Source: Chrysomallon squamiferum (taxonomy: Eukaryota > Animalia > Mollusca). From it: a stretch of 64,000 bases of DNA. The DNA is taken from NCBI GenBank assembly GCA_012295275.1, contig CM022673.1:5208001-5272000 (forward strand), given 5' to 3'. The translations under genes were made by a program, and so were the position numbers. This document shows positions 28,838-43,650 of the stretch, in pieces. How positions within the stretch are numbered: the first letter of the stretch is position 1; each line of letters starts with the position of its first letter. The notes beneath the pieces are model-generated. The model was not told the DNA's origin and searched no databases. It saw only the letters and a program-made list of their open reading frames with translations.

Positions 28838-29180
28838 ATATAATAAAATAATAGATAAAAAAGGAAAAAGAAAAAAAGAAAAATAATTCTGAAGAAAAAT
28901 CTTTTAGATTTAGTTTGTTTTATATTACTTAAAATTAATTTTTTTAATTTTTTTTTTTATGTTAAAAACTGTAATTTATAAATACATTCCTAGAAATACA
29001 TACTAACTGTGAACTGTAAAATTTTTAGTTTAACACAGAGGTTGTAAAACACATATGAACAAAAAAGATAAAAAATAAATAAATAAATAAAATAAAATAA
29101 AATAAAATAAAATAAAATAAAATAACTAACATAAAAAATAAATAAATAAATAAAATAAAATAAAATAAAATAACTAACAT

Positions 29181-29211
<31 letters not shown>

Positions 29212-29509
29212 AAACAAACAAATAACAATAATTTCTTTGGTATAAAATAAAAAATAAAAAAGATTTCAACTTTTAACAAAGTTTATATTGTCTAAGCTGA
29301 CATTTACTATTATTTGGTTTATTTTACTGCTAGAAGACCAGCTGCTTGAACAATCTGATAAAACACACACATATGTAATAATATATTTTTATTATTTATA
29401 TACGATGTCAGTATTCTTAAACATTTAAATCCACAGAATCAAATAATCAGCCTCAAATTATTGTAACATATAATGACCTATTATTCACACACACACACAC
29501 ACACAGGCA

Positions 29510-29544
<35 letters not shown>

Positions 29545-29804
29545 TATTAACATACACTCATAATAGAAGTACTGGAAACTTGGTGATAATTTCCAACACT
29601 CAGATATATTCAGTTTATTTATATATTTTATAAACATCTCTCAAAGAGCTACTCAGATACAACGAGTAACTCTTTGATAGATATTTATAAAATAAACATA
29701 TAAATAAAACTGAAGATAGAGAGAGAGAGAGAGAGAAAAAAAAAAGGACACTAACATTAATGTAATGTAGTGTCTTAAAACAATTCTCTATTTTGGTGGA
29801 ACCA

Positions 29805-30490
29805 GCAACAGGATTTAATTCCATTATGACTCTATAACATTCTAAACTCTCAATGAGATTAGCAGCTTAGGTGTCCTAATTATAGAAAATTTATTTTTAC
29901 TTTGCCTGTCTTAGTATCATGAATAAGGTTTAATTTTAGTTCCAGATAAAACTCTAATTTGGCAGGGAGGTCAAGAAAGCAGGTGTAATTGATTTTTTTG
30001 TTGTTGGTTTTACTGCGACTGTCCTGTTATAATGAATTAGGTTTAATCCTGATTCTTAGGACTCCAATAATACTCTAATTTGATTCACTGCAGTTCTTCT
30101 AGCCCTGGAATGAGGCTTGATCCTGCTTCCTGCAACTTCAAACCTGTCTAATTTGGCAGTCAGGTTCACAGAACGATTTGATATGAATCTATTACATTTA
30201 CTGTAACTATTCCAGTTCTGGAGTCAGAGTTTGTTCTTTGTTTCAAGAACTTAAAAAAATAATTAAGAATTTTAAAAAAAACCCTCTCTATTTAGACAAT
30301 GGGGTTAACAGCACAGAAATAATAATTATATGTTTTTAACTATCATTTTTTTTTAGCACCTAGAATTAGGTTTCATCCCAGTTTCAGTAATACTCTGAAC
30401 TTGGTAGTGGCATCAAAAGCACAGGAATAACAAACAGTTCTCTTTGTTTTTACTACGGCTGTCGTAGCGGTTTGGAATCAGGTTACTATT
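29805..30490. repeat. Highly diverged ~110-120 bp tandem repeat
   Basis: GAATTAGGTTTAATCC-like anchors at about 29921, 30034, 30107, 30220, 30362 and 30474, mostly followed by an ACTCTAATTTGG-like motif. Confidence 0.6.
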
Positions 30491-30769
30491 AGTCACATGA
30501 CTCATATTGATCTGTTGTTTGTGTTATCTCTGTTTGGCTGGTGGACTCAGTACAGAGACTGTGCAGAGAGACATACAGGCTGTGTGTGGAGAAAGAGCAT
30601 GTTCGGAATTATCCTGCAAACTCACTGATCATCAAAGATTTCAGCCAGCAAACTTTATTTCAAAACTGTTGGCTTGGTATATATTTCTACTCAGTTTTAA
30701 TATGTATATGTATTTTTTTTTTTAATTAAGTTCTGACGCTAACTCAGTGGATTTTCAGTTTTCTGTATT

Positions 30770-30801
<32 letters not shown>

Positions 30802-33719
30802 TATCCAGAAGTTGTGAGATTTTTATCACTTGTTTTCACTGGAACTAGTACATCCTATGGACGGTAGAATTTTAAAAAAGGCTTTATATTATTCTTTTAC
30901 ATAAGGTAAGATTTCTATGACTTATTTTTCTTTTCTTTTCTTTCATTTTTTTATTATTATTATTTTTTTTTTTTCAATTATTACTATCATAAATAAATAA
31001 ATTATTTATTTATCCATTTATTTATACCCTATTTTAGTGTTTAATATTTCATAATATTCCTCTCTCTCATGTATTTACTTACAAACTTCTAACACTTACT
31101 GAGCGTGGCTATTTTTAGTGTTATTCATACATCAACAGGAAGAGTTTTACTTACACTGATGTAGTTATGTTTGTGTTATTGGAGTTTGTTAATGTTCTCT
31201 AAATGAATACTTCTTTGTAATTTGTAAAAAGGAAAAAGCATTCTGATGTATTTTATAATGGAATGTAATTATTTCATGGAAGTTTGTTAATAATCTTTCA
31301 AACTATTATTTTAAAGTGGCATTTTAATCAAAATATCTGAACATTTCTTTTTTTCTTTTTAAATTCTGAATATAGAAAATAACTAATAGTATTCATTTCA
31401 GTTAATATTTAGTTAATAAATTACACAGATTCTCACACATATAATCACACACTGACCAAAAAGAACTATACTGTACACAAAAAATCAAAACCACACAGAG
31501 ACAGAGCAACACACACGCACACACACACAATTTCTCACTCAAACCATTGAGTGTAAAACTTTATATATTATCCACATACATGTCAGGAGTTTAAAAGCAA
31601 TGGCCTTTAACCAGAGCAGACTTCAGTACTTGTAAATGTGGTTGATGTTGCTTCTTTAGACACTTCACCTGCCAGCTGACGGTTTACATATGTAAACAGT
31701 AAACAAAAAAAATATTAAAAAACTGACTGAGTCATGCAGTTCTGTCCTTGAACTGCAGAAACAGTCTAAAAAGTTTTACCTAGACTCTGAGTAATACCTG
31801 CATTACACCTGTCATTCAGTGCACCTTAACATGGTAAAAACCACAAACATTATTTTTTTAGTTTACTTTCATTAAATACATGACTAAATGATATTTGTTT
31901 ATCTGGAAACTTAGAAATGATGCATAAGAATATGCTAACCATAAATTATTTATAGATGGTTTAGGTGATAAATTAAATAACACTGCTGTTGCTAATACTA
32001 GTTCTACTATTGCTATCATTGGCACCATCAATGCTATTACTATGTGTATAACTAGTACTGCTACAGCCACTACTACCACTACAAATTCAACTACTACTGC
32101 TTCCTTGTGCTATTACCACTTTTAAGACCAATATCTATGACAGTCATAATCAAAACCAAAAAATAATAATAATAAAATAAAAAAAATAATAATAATAATA
32201 ATAAAAAATTAAATATAAAAATAAATAAAAGAAATTTGAATTCTTCAAACTTCATTAATAATATTAATTATAATCTAAGAAGGAATTTTTACCAATAATT
32301 AAAATGTCCAACTTTAGGACAAAAAACCTACCTTCTCTTCTTTTAAAATAAAAATGTCTTCAACTTTTTTATTCTTATTTAATCTTTTATTAATATTTGT
32401 ATTCTTCACAATATTATTATTTTTTTTTTTTTTAAAGAAAATATATGGGATGTGTCTTTCATAATCAGATTGATGTTTTAGAATATTCTTTTGTATTTCT
32501 TTAAAATTAATCAATTTTCTTAATCTATCATTTCTTATAAATTTTGTAGCATATTTTCAACATACATAAAATAGCCTAAAGAAAATGTTGAGTTAATATT
32601 TATGGTTATTCTGCTTTACTTTGATTCTTGATTAGAGATAAGCTTTAGGAGAGAGGGGGAAAAAAATGAAGTTATACTTTAATTAAAAGAAAATTATTTT
32701 TCCATTCTATTTCTAAAGATAAAATACAGTTACTAATGAACACTTTGTGTGATAAAGTCTATTCTTCTTTTTCATTCATTAAACAACTAGTAATTTATTA
32801 TATATTTGTATTAAAACATTTTTAAAAATGAATATATCATAGATAATAAAATGAATTTTTTGATTCAATAGATTTAAAATTTCAGTTCTGCAGTAATGTA
32901 TATTTTTCTACTAATATATAATTAATATAAAATGTTTCTTGTAATATTTTGTATCATTCATCTTTTTCATTATTTTAAATATTCTTATTAAAATATATTT
33001 GAGATACTACAAGTATAATAATAATGGCAGCAGTAGTAGTAGTAGTAGTAGTTGTAGAAGTTGTAGCAGTAGTAATAATAGTAGTAATAATAATAATAAG
33101 AGTGAAACTGTTTTCTTGATTTAATATGGTATGCAAATAGAAGATTTTTAATTACAAACATTATGATAAAAAAAAAATAATAAAAAATGTACAACAACCT
33201 AGAAACAAAAAATAAATAAAAATAAAATAAATCTGAATAAAATAAATACAAAAATATATAATAAATAACTCTTTACAAACATTTTATCTTTTTTATTTTC
33301 TATATATTATTAATTTATTTATTTATTAATTTATTTATTATATATATATTTTTATTTTTGTAAACTACTGAATATGACCTGAAAACAATCTCTAAAATCT
33401 TCTTTGCTGTAAGACCAAATTTTTATCATCATCATCATCATAATCATTATTATATATAATATTTTTAATTTATTTTTACATCAAAACTATTTGTACCTAT
33501 AAGGAAGGGACTGGTTTTATTGTCAGAGAAGGCAGTTTGACTAATGGGCATTGTCAACCTACTGGCAGATATAATACTATCTTCAAGTTGGTTTTAAATA
33601 AACTTGTCATTATTTAGTACAAAATTGTTTTCCATCTAAAGATGGGATCAAGAATTAAGACATATGTAACAGCTTTATTCAAAGCCAATCATCTGTAAAT
33701 AAGACTTCATAATTTAAAA

Positions 33720-33840
<121 letters not shown>

Positions 33841-34590
33841 TCAGAAAGTCATTTATGATCAAAAAGAACTTGCCAACATATGTTCTAACAGTAATTACCA
33901 TGTTTCAAACGTTCTCAACCAGAAAAGAAATAGAAAAAAAAAAAGAAAAAAAAAAAGCGAAAAAAAAAAGAGAAGGCAACAAAGCCTAAATTTGTCCATT
34001 TTTCAATAAGACTCTGTGCATCTGTCATGTTTTAATGGTGAAGTTAATGTTTTTCCTTCCAAGCCATCACATTTTCAGAGTTGAATTTCACAGGTCAGTG
34101 CAAACCCATAATTCTCTGTTTCATAACTGATTCGACCTTTCACTTTATTTTCCCAATCATTGAAAGAAGACATCAACCACTGAATGGCAGTCATATTGAC
34201 CAGTAAATTTTATCCGATGCCTGATTTATTGTTTGCATCTTCCTCGCATCTTAACTTCATTTCTGACTGTAAAGATACCATTTACGTCAAATTAACAGTG
34301 TTCTTGTTACTGCCATTCTTCTCAGTATTATTAACCATCACTTCAGGTTGTGAAATTTCTTAAATGGGCGAGAGATATCTGATTTATTGTTTGTACATAT
34401 GCTTGGTAAATAATTATCGTGGTTCAGATGTCATTTAGACAGAATTAACAATATGCTTGTTATTGGTGTCCTTTTCTCTGCAATTATCCATCACTATTTT
34501 TCTTAAAGGGGCTGAAGGTAATTTTTGTATTCATATTTACTTGTTTGTTTTTCAAAAATGTTTGTTCTAAGTGTTTTGCCAATATTAAAT

Positions 34591-34803
34591 TTAAAATTAC
34601 AACAATAAAAAAAATTCTTAATTTAAAACAAAAAAAAAATAAAAAAAAATAATAATGAGAATCATAAAAAATGAATAAGTAAAAAGATATATAAAAAAAA
34701 ATTAAAATTACAACAATAAAATTTTTTTTTAATTTAAAACAAAACAATAATAATAATAATAATCATAAAAAATAAATAAATAAAAAGATATATAAAAAAA
34801 AAA
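34591..34803. repeat. ~111-bp AT-rich tandem duplication
   Basis: TAAAATTACAACAATAAAA...TAAAAAGATATATAAAAAAA occurs twice in succession. Confidence 0.8.
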
Positions 34804-36879
34804 GTAATGTGAAAATGTTAATGGTTTTAGCCAAACTAGAATCAAGCAGTTCAGTCTATTTCATTCTCATTGTTACTGTGCATCTTACACTGAGTCCATT
34901 AGCAAGTGCTACAGTTCTATTAATCCACTGTTGTGATGTCGTATATCTGTACAGATAACTACACTTCCCATGCAGACACCGTATTTATGAAAACCTGTGA
35001 GATCTGTTTCCAACCAACAGAATATAAATTAGTTACACCATTTTCATTTGCAGAAATGTTAATACCACTAAAGAGCAATATTCACTGATAAATGAGAAAA
35101 ACGTTAGCACATTTCTGAATCTGCTCAACTAGCAGGTTATTCACGGCAACTGTGTTCTTTGTAGTATTCATAAACGTATTTGATTGTATGCTACTGTATT
35201 CTCAGACATGTTCCTGATAACCAACAACATTTCTGTTGTTAATTAATAAACTTGTTAAAATGAATTGTTACTTCATGATTGTGGGTTCTTGAAAGGGCCA
35301 GCAAAAGACAGATTAACTACTTATTAGAACAGTGTTGTTAGCCATTTGTATTTGTATTGTAAATTATTAACAAAGAAACATAATTAACCTTATGTTAAGG
35401 GACAAGGCATATGGTTCTGACAACATTTGTATTTTTACTGTAAAGTGTAACAACACTAACATGATTAACCTTTTGAAAATGAGACCAGGCACATATGGTT
35501 CTGTTAATTGGAATTGTAAAAAAATAACAATATTCCTATGATTAAGTCATTATTTCGTACTGGAGGTTTGTCATAATGACTTGTCATATTCAGATTTACT
35601 ATACACATTTTACTGATCACAGTCATAATTTCTAATGAAGCATTAACATGATTTAATCATTATTTTACACTCTGGGTTAACAGAGATCAGTCACAGTCTG
35701 ATTTACTGCTTTTATTAGCGATGATTTAACACCATTTCTCTTACTGACACATTTCCTGCTTGTATGAAACATTTAGAATAATGATTTCTTGAAAGCATTT
35801 GTCACATACTACCTATATTTCTATCAATGAGTTATCATTTAAGTAATAATAAAGTGAATGATCAATCATCATTTTGTTAGGGTGCTTTAAGGAAGGCCCA
35901 TTACAAGTCAAATACTTAATTTGCAAATTCATAAGTGGTCTTACTTCTGCTGATGAAAGTATCACTTAACTACAACAACAAGTAATATCTGAATAATTAA
36001 CATCATTTTCAGAGTACAAGCTTCTATAAAAAAAGAGGTTAGTCGCAGTTAAACACTGTTTCCAGATAATTCATGACTCCTCAGATCCATACTCACAAAT
36101 GTATGGTTTAAGTTGAAATTAAAAAAATAATAATTTTCGTTTATTTACAAAAATGACTGATTACCTGTACTTTCTATTAATTTTGAATATAATTTAGACC
36201 GAATTAGTACAGTAGTATATAAATTATCTTACAGCAAATGTTTAGTACTTTAATATTTGCTTAAGTTCTGACAATATTTCTGTTGATGACTATGTCGTGT
36301 ATGTAGATTGACAACAGGCATATTGCTAGCTTTGTTAGATTATTAATGACAATTTCCAGTAAAATATTTCTTAAAGAAGTCAATTATAACAAAAGATAAG
36401 TTATAGCTGTGATCTGAATAAATCTGAATTGCATTTCTGGTTGAGATATCAAAGTAATAAATTTAAATAAAAAATATAAAAATTAGAAATAGGGAAGTAG
36501 GGTGAAAAAAAAGAGAAAAAAAAAGAGAGAGAAAAGAAGTAAAAAAAAAAAGTTATGAGACCATACAGCTTACATGTAATCAGCCATCTTAAAGTGTCAA
36601 ATGTATTGTGCTGGAGAAGAAAATCTGTTCCTGAAACTGAGACATTTCTTTTCAGTTTTATGGCAGCAAGGGATTGTTTGTAGGTTAATCTTCTATGAAG
36701 ACTGGAACACAGTCTGATAAAACAACATGGCAATGGATGGCAATAGGAGCAGACTGTTTTCTGAATTGTGTCTGTGCATTAAGCTATAAGCAAGTTCAGA
36801 AAAATATCACAGGAGACCCAGACCAATTCTGTTTTATATTTTAATTTTTACTAAACAATTTTGTTTTGTATTATCTGAA

Positions 36880-36903
36880 TAATAATAATAATGGTGGTGG
36901 TGG

Positions 36904-36973
<70 letters not shown>

Positions 36974-36975
36974 AA
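36880..36975. repeat. Compound (AAT)n-(GGT)n-(GAT)n microsatellite
   Basis: Directly visible. It is the source of the spurious poly-His ORF. Confidence 0.95.
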
Positions 36976-38155
36976 CAATAATCATAGTAACTGCAACTAC
37001 TTAAAAATAAACAGTTTAAAAGAAAAAATACTGAATTTAAAATAATGGTAGTAGTAGTAGTAATAATAATAATAATAAAAATAAAAATAAATAAATAAAT
37101 AAATAATACCAATTTTAAAATTTTAACCAATTAAAATATAAAACCATGGGATATAAAACAATATTATATTTATTAAGTGTTCACCTGACTAGATTAAGTT
37201 TAAATTTTGGTTTTCTCTTGTAACTTTCATGCAACCGTCTGTATATAAAATGAAGAACAGTAATCTAGAGTAACTGTAACACCACACGTCAGTGTTACTT
37301 TATTACCCTGTCACTTAATTCAAACAAACTGCAAGTGTTGATTGTATCAAAAACAAATGAAAAGCAGATTAAAAAACACAGATTTTTTTTTTCTCTCCCT
37401 CAACAACAATAATTAATTAATTTGCAATGACAAACTGTTATCACCCTGTCCTCTGTCCAGTGTTATGTTTCAGTTATTAACGAAAAGAGAGGATGATCAA
37501 ATGGAAATTGATTTTCATTGCCCGCACTTTGTGAGAATATTAACAACTCTGCTTGTACAATCTGATTACATCAATAATGACCTGGTTTATCAAGAAACAT
37601 TGGTTTGTCAATGCTCTGGAATGTTGACTACTAAAAACCCCAAAAAAAAAAAAATTGAACACTAAAAAAAAAAAAAGGAAAAAGATGAAAAAATGTACAA
37701 TTGAAAAAAGATAAAAAGAATAATGATGGATGGTTAAGAGAGTCGTATGGATTTAAGTATCAGACCTGACAAAAATAATGAACAATCATTTTTTAAATGC
37801 TAAAAGTGGGTGTTTGACATGTGATATTTAATGTCACTGTTTGATATGTGGTATTTAATGTCGGTTTAGATGTTCAGACTAAATAAAATAGCCTAAAATA
37901 AAATAAAATGTAAAATTAGGGCAATGTATGAAAAATAAAATGAGTAAAAGACACTATTATCAGAAATTAAACTGGATTTGTTATACAGCCACCTGGAAAC
38001 TTGAATAGAAAAAGCTAAATACACAGAATAAAATAAATAAATTTAAAAATTTCTTACACTTCATGACATCATCAAATTATCATATCATCTATTGAATTTA
38101 AAATATTTTTGTTACTGTGTTATTTAACACACATACTTTACATACATTTATATGC

Positions 38156-38210
<55 letters not shown>

Positions 38211-38519
38211 GAGACAAAACACACACACATACAACCCAATTCAAAACTATATAGTCACTATACTAACATCTTTTACTACTTCATCGCTACTGAACATGTA
38301 TTTTAAAGGTTATAAATATTCAAAACGTCCACTGATTTCATTTACATCTGATATTCAGAGCTCTGGAATTAGTTCTGTCCATCTCTAACAAGAAGCGTTT
38401 GATTCAATAGATGTAGGTGCTGAGAGAGAAGTAGGAAAGAGACAAAATGTAAATTGAATCACATTCTTCAGGAGTCTCTGAAGAGCAGTGGGAGATGTCC
38501 AAACAGAACAAATCTGGGT

Positions 38520-39055
38520 TGTGTTTCATTGGAAGAAAATGAAACTATTAGATTATGATAGACAGCAACATTTAGTTTCAAATCTACACGTTTCACTGGA
38601 AGAGTATGAAACTACTAGGTTATGACTGAATAAAATTTAGTTTTGAATATATATAGGTTTCATTAAAATAAAGTGAAACTATTAGGTTAAGATAGTTGAG
38701 TAAGATTTAATTTCAAATTTATATGTTTCACTGAAATAAAATCGAACTATTAGGTTATGATCATGAGTAACTTTTAGAGTTTCAAATTTATATGTTTCAC
38801 TGGAACAAAATGACACTATTAAGTTGTGTAAACAGGTATCATTTAGTTTCAAAATTATGTTCCATTTCTTAGGAAAAAGGAAAAATGATGAACCTATTAC
38901 TATTAGTTTATGTGAGTAGGTAACAAAGAGTAATTCAAATCTCAGTTTTGATCTGTTGGAAGAAAACACAAATATTAGGTTGTATGAGTGAGTTACATTT
39001 AGATTCAAATCTTGAGTTGTGTTTCATTGGAAATAAATAAAACTATTAGACTAAG
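38520..39055. repeat. ~68-bp minisatellite, ~8 copies
   Basis: GTTTCACTGGAA..AAATGAAACTATTAGGTTATGA..TTTAGTTTCAAAT unit starting at about 38523, 38590, 38658, 38725, 38794 and 39022. Confidence 0.85.
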
Positions 39056-41153
39056 TAAATAAGGTAAAGTTTAATTTTTATAAATTGTTTCACAAAAAAA
39101 CCCCAAAAACAAAGAATTTGTTAAAAAAAACATGAAGTCTCTGCCAGAAAACAAACAAACAAACAAACAAACACACACATAAATAAATAATTTTAAAAAT
39201 CTTGTGCATAAATATACAGTCCTTTTCCCCAAACTGTAATGGATTCTGTTACTGGCAATGTTTTCTGCTGGTGGTTTTGAAGACATGACTCACTATTAAC
39301 AAGTTTAATATAAGAGCTTTCTGTTACATTTTTTTTTTTTTTCTTTCTTGATAAGCTGCAGATTACTTATTAACCAGGAGGTCAGGTTAATTTCATACTG
39401 TTAGATAAACAGTTAATTCTAAAGCCTCTGAACTGCTAGAAGTAGCAGCTCTCTCTGATAAATAACTCAGTTAATCAACAGATAGATAATCCAGGATCAG
39501 TCTCCACTGGTAATCCATTTGGCCCATGATTTATGACCTGACTCTTATGGAGCAATGGCTGGAACTGGAAATAATTCAGTGATGTTAAATCTGTTTAGCC
39601 AGGTTTATTGTTAATTAGCAGTTTCAGTCTGAAGAAGACATCTATTGCCATTTTTATCTGACATTCATGGTAAATTTTCTTCCAATGAATTCAATTAATG
39701 ACAGCCCATGTTCTCAAGACATGCCGCAAGATTGGAAAATCTGAATTCTCTGTATGCGGTGGCTGTGAATTAATCTAAATGTATACTTAACATAACACAC
39801 AGTGACCACTCAGAGCAAAAAAAAAAAAAATCCATTACATCTCTTGATGAGCTGAAAGTAAATTTGCTTTGAGTGATAGTACTAGCCAACAATTAAAAAT
39901 TCAGCACTGCTAAAACCAAAATCAATGCAATCCAGAATAGGATTCCTTGGTTTTTTCTCCAATGAATCTCCACTCAGTAATGATGTACGAGAATAGAGAT
40001 TAACAGTAAACAATAAAGGTACATAATGAAATAATATATCGGCATTTCTTAAGTGCATCCAGATATAAAAGAGATGGACATTTTCTCATTTATACTTTTG
40101 ATGAGGAATGCTTTTATAACATTGGTTTCAGGAATGTTAGGGTTAATGTACAGAAGAGCAGGATGTGTGTTATTTTATGAAACTTTCTACGGTTCACGCT
40201 ATTAATTGTCTCTGAAATATTTATAAATTTGCCATGAAAATTTTATATATCTAATTAGTCTTCTTTATAGTAAAAAAAAAAATACTTAAAAAAAAATAAA
40301 AGTTGTTTATGTTGTGCAGATAATTACTATTATTTAAGTGAATATTTAAAATAATGAATACTGTTATTGGTAGTTTTTTCTTTTTTTTTTTTTTGTGTTG
40401 TTAACTTCATTTTAATAAATATTTGGAAAGACGTGTTAATTAAAATGACATAAACCCGTCACAGCAACACACACACATAAAAAAAAAAAAAAAAAAGTAA
40501 AAGACTAGTATTTGTATTATTATATTGGTCATTGTCAGTTATTACATTTTATAACTCAGATATATCATCTGCTACCTTTTCCATTACCAAAATTTTCTTT
40601 TCTGTTTATTTTCCACTTGGTCAGTAAGCATTTCAATCATTTGAACACACACATATGCACACATGCACACACACACACACATGCATGCTTGCACACACAC
40701 AGACACACACACACACACATAAACAATAAATAAATGATGTAATTCATGGGTTACTTCCTACCTCTCCATCAAATCAAATCTGATTCATGAAACATTAATT
40801 AGCTATCCGATTTTAACATCCATACTCTGGTTCTAGACAATGTTTTTTGTTTAGCCTGCCAAAGAATTAATTGTAACCTTGACTGGATTCCTTACAAATT
40901 TCCATTCAGGAAGGATATAATTTGTTTCCTATTTGCTTATGCAATGATACTGTTAATTCTTTCATAGAAACAACAATGTCAGACTGCTGAAATAAAGTAT
41001 AAATAAATAAATCTAATTCAGAGAAAAAACACAGTGGCTCTGAATTAATCTAAATGAATACTTTTATATTTGACCTTAATGAAAATTAAATGGTCTTGAG
41101 CAAATATAGAAGTAACTATATTCTTGGAATATGTTTTATTCAGGAGCATTACA

Positions 41154-41184
<31 letters not shown>

Positions 41185-43499
41185 TCTATTTCAGAACTTT
41201 TTCAAACTGATCTAATTATAACATTTACCAAAATGTTACTGTAAGTTGTCAACACCATCAAAGGAGCCTGGGATGATAGATTAGTAAGCTAATGGAGTAG
41301 TGAGAAAAATAATTATGTTACAAAAGCAGGTGTCTGACATGTTGGATTTGAGCCAGAATTTGATTACTGATTTGAGAATTTATATTTCTCAAAATGTATC
41401 CTTCCTTTTGCTTTAATTCTTTTCTTTCTTTTTTTTAATATTATTATTATTATTATTTATCCTTCTTTTCTTTTAATTATTATTATTTATTAAACTGTTT
41501 TATTTAAAAAAGATTTTCATGTTCCATATTTATCAAAGGGTATAGTCAATTTTGGTTTTAATTTATTAAATAATAATAATAATAATAATAATAATTAAAT
41601 TATTTATTAAACTGAAAATTTAAAAAATAATTTAATTAAATAAATTTAAATAATGAATTACAATTTATATTTCTCAAATGACAAGCCAGAAGATTTTTAA
41701 AAAAGATTTATTTTTCTGAAAATATTTTATTTTAATAAATATTCAAATACAATTTGAAAATAACTGAAAACCAAAAATAAAGCTGCAGTATTAATTCTAA
41801 ACTCATGTTTTGAAAAAAAAAAAATAAAAATGAATTAATATTACTTCAAAATAAATACTTAACTCTAGATGTAAAATATTTCTCTATCTATTTCTAATAT
41901 TATTATTATTTTTTTTAAATAATAAAAAATAATAATAAATAATATATTATTATTAATAATAATAAAAAATTTGATTTGGAAGTAATTCTGAATGAATGTT
42001 TGTCAACCCCTCAAAAATAATAAAGAAATAAAAAACTAAAATCATCAAATCAAATCCAAAATCAAAATCAAAATGAAATAAAACAAAAATACTACTGCTT
42101 CTACAACTAGTACTGCTGTTGTTATTATTATTATTTAATGAAATCAATACTATTACAGGATTTAAAGGTTATGGTATGAATAAAATATTAGTAAATTCTA
42201 AAGTAAACTGCAAAGATGCAATAAAACACAGCCAAAATTTCAAAAGAGCTAATTTTATATTTAAAAAATGTATTAACTTATTTCTAATTATATGTGAATA
42301 TAATTAAACAGGTTCACAGTGAAACTAGTTTTACAATATTTAAGGTGTAACAATAAATAGAAGGTATAAATATTCAAGAAAATACTTTAAAATTGTATCA
42401 CAGAAAAAAGTTGTACATATTGCTGGTAATTAATTTTTGTTTGTGAATTGGGGATCAAAGTCATAAAAATATTTGCAAAGATATCAAATTATTTCATCCA
42501 TGAAAATATCAGTATTCATGACAATTTTTATAATGAAGTAAAATTTTGGCAAACAGGAAAAAAACAATAAGAAAGAAAAACAGAAAGAAGAAAAACATAT
42601 TCATAAAAATAAAGGTTTACGTATTCTACCAAAATACCCAAAAATATATTTCTATTGTTTATTAATACTACATTTATAATTAAACAGAAATTGCTCTATT
42701 TTAGTATTCCAGTTTTAACATAGAATGACCACAAACAGTAGTTTTAATTTATGATCCACTATAAAGCCAGAAAACAGAATAACAGTATCTTATCATTGAA
42801 ACTAAAACTATTATTGGTATGAGGGAAAAAAAATGGCTGCAAAGCTATTAAACTGACTCCATGAAATCTAATTGTCCTTTAACAAATCAATAACAAACAA
42901 ATAAAAAAGGAAAAAAAAGAAAAGAAAAAAAAAAATAAGTAGATAAACAATTATGTTATTTAGAAGTTGGTGCTAATGCACTCTTGACTTCATAAACCCC
43001 TTGCTTTGTCATAAAATAAAATAATAATAATAATAATAAATAAATAATAATAATAATAATAAATAGAAAACTAAAAAAAATGTTTATGTTGTTGTTTTGT
43101 TTTCATATTATTTTTAAAATAATTTTTTCTTCTATATAATAGAAATTTATGTTAGAGCCATAAAAGTGATTTTATGAAGTGTTTATTAACTTTTAAAAAA
43201 CCCTCAACTTAATATGAAAATATGATTGATAAATTACCTGTTTACTGAAAATAGGTAGTGCATTTGTGATCATTAACTGATTAATAATCCATAAAAGAAA
43301 TGTTTTAATACTAAATAATTATTAGTATTTGTGTAATATTTAAGAGGTTTTATTTATTATTATTATTTTACATAAGGAAAAAACAAAGTAGTGTTTTATT
43401 ATTGTTATTCATTAATAATAAATCAATCCGGCCAATAGTAAAACTGTATTTAAGGAGATAATCTGTAAAGTATGGATGCCTAGATGGGTTGAATTTGTT

Positions 43500-43650
43500 A
43501 TTTAGACATATCTAACACAGTATCATACAGCTTATGTATCTTGATTTATCATTTAGACATATGTAACACAGTATCAAACTGCTTATGTATCTTGATTTAT
43601 CATTTAGATATATGTAACACAGTATCAAACTGCTTATGTATCTTGATTTA
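43500..43650. repeat. 51-bp tandem repeat x3
   Basis: ATTTAGACATATGTAACACAGTATCAAACTGCTTATGTATCTTGATTTATC at 43500, 43551 and 43602. Confidence 0.95.

Noticed and set aside
36834-37130. Poly-His ORF, and similar poly-N, RE, HT, SL and F-rich ORFs elsewhere
   Set aside because: Translations of microsatellites and A/T tracts.
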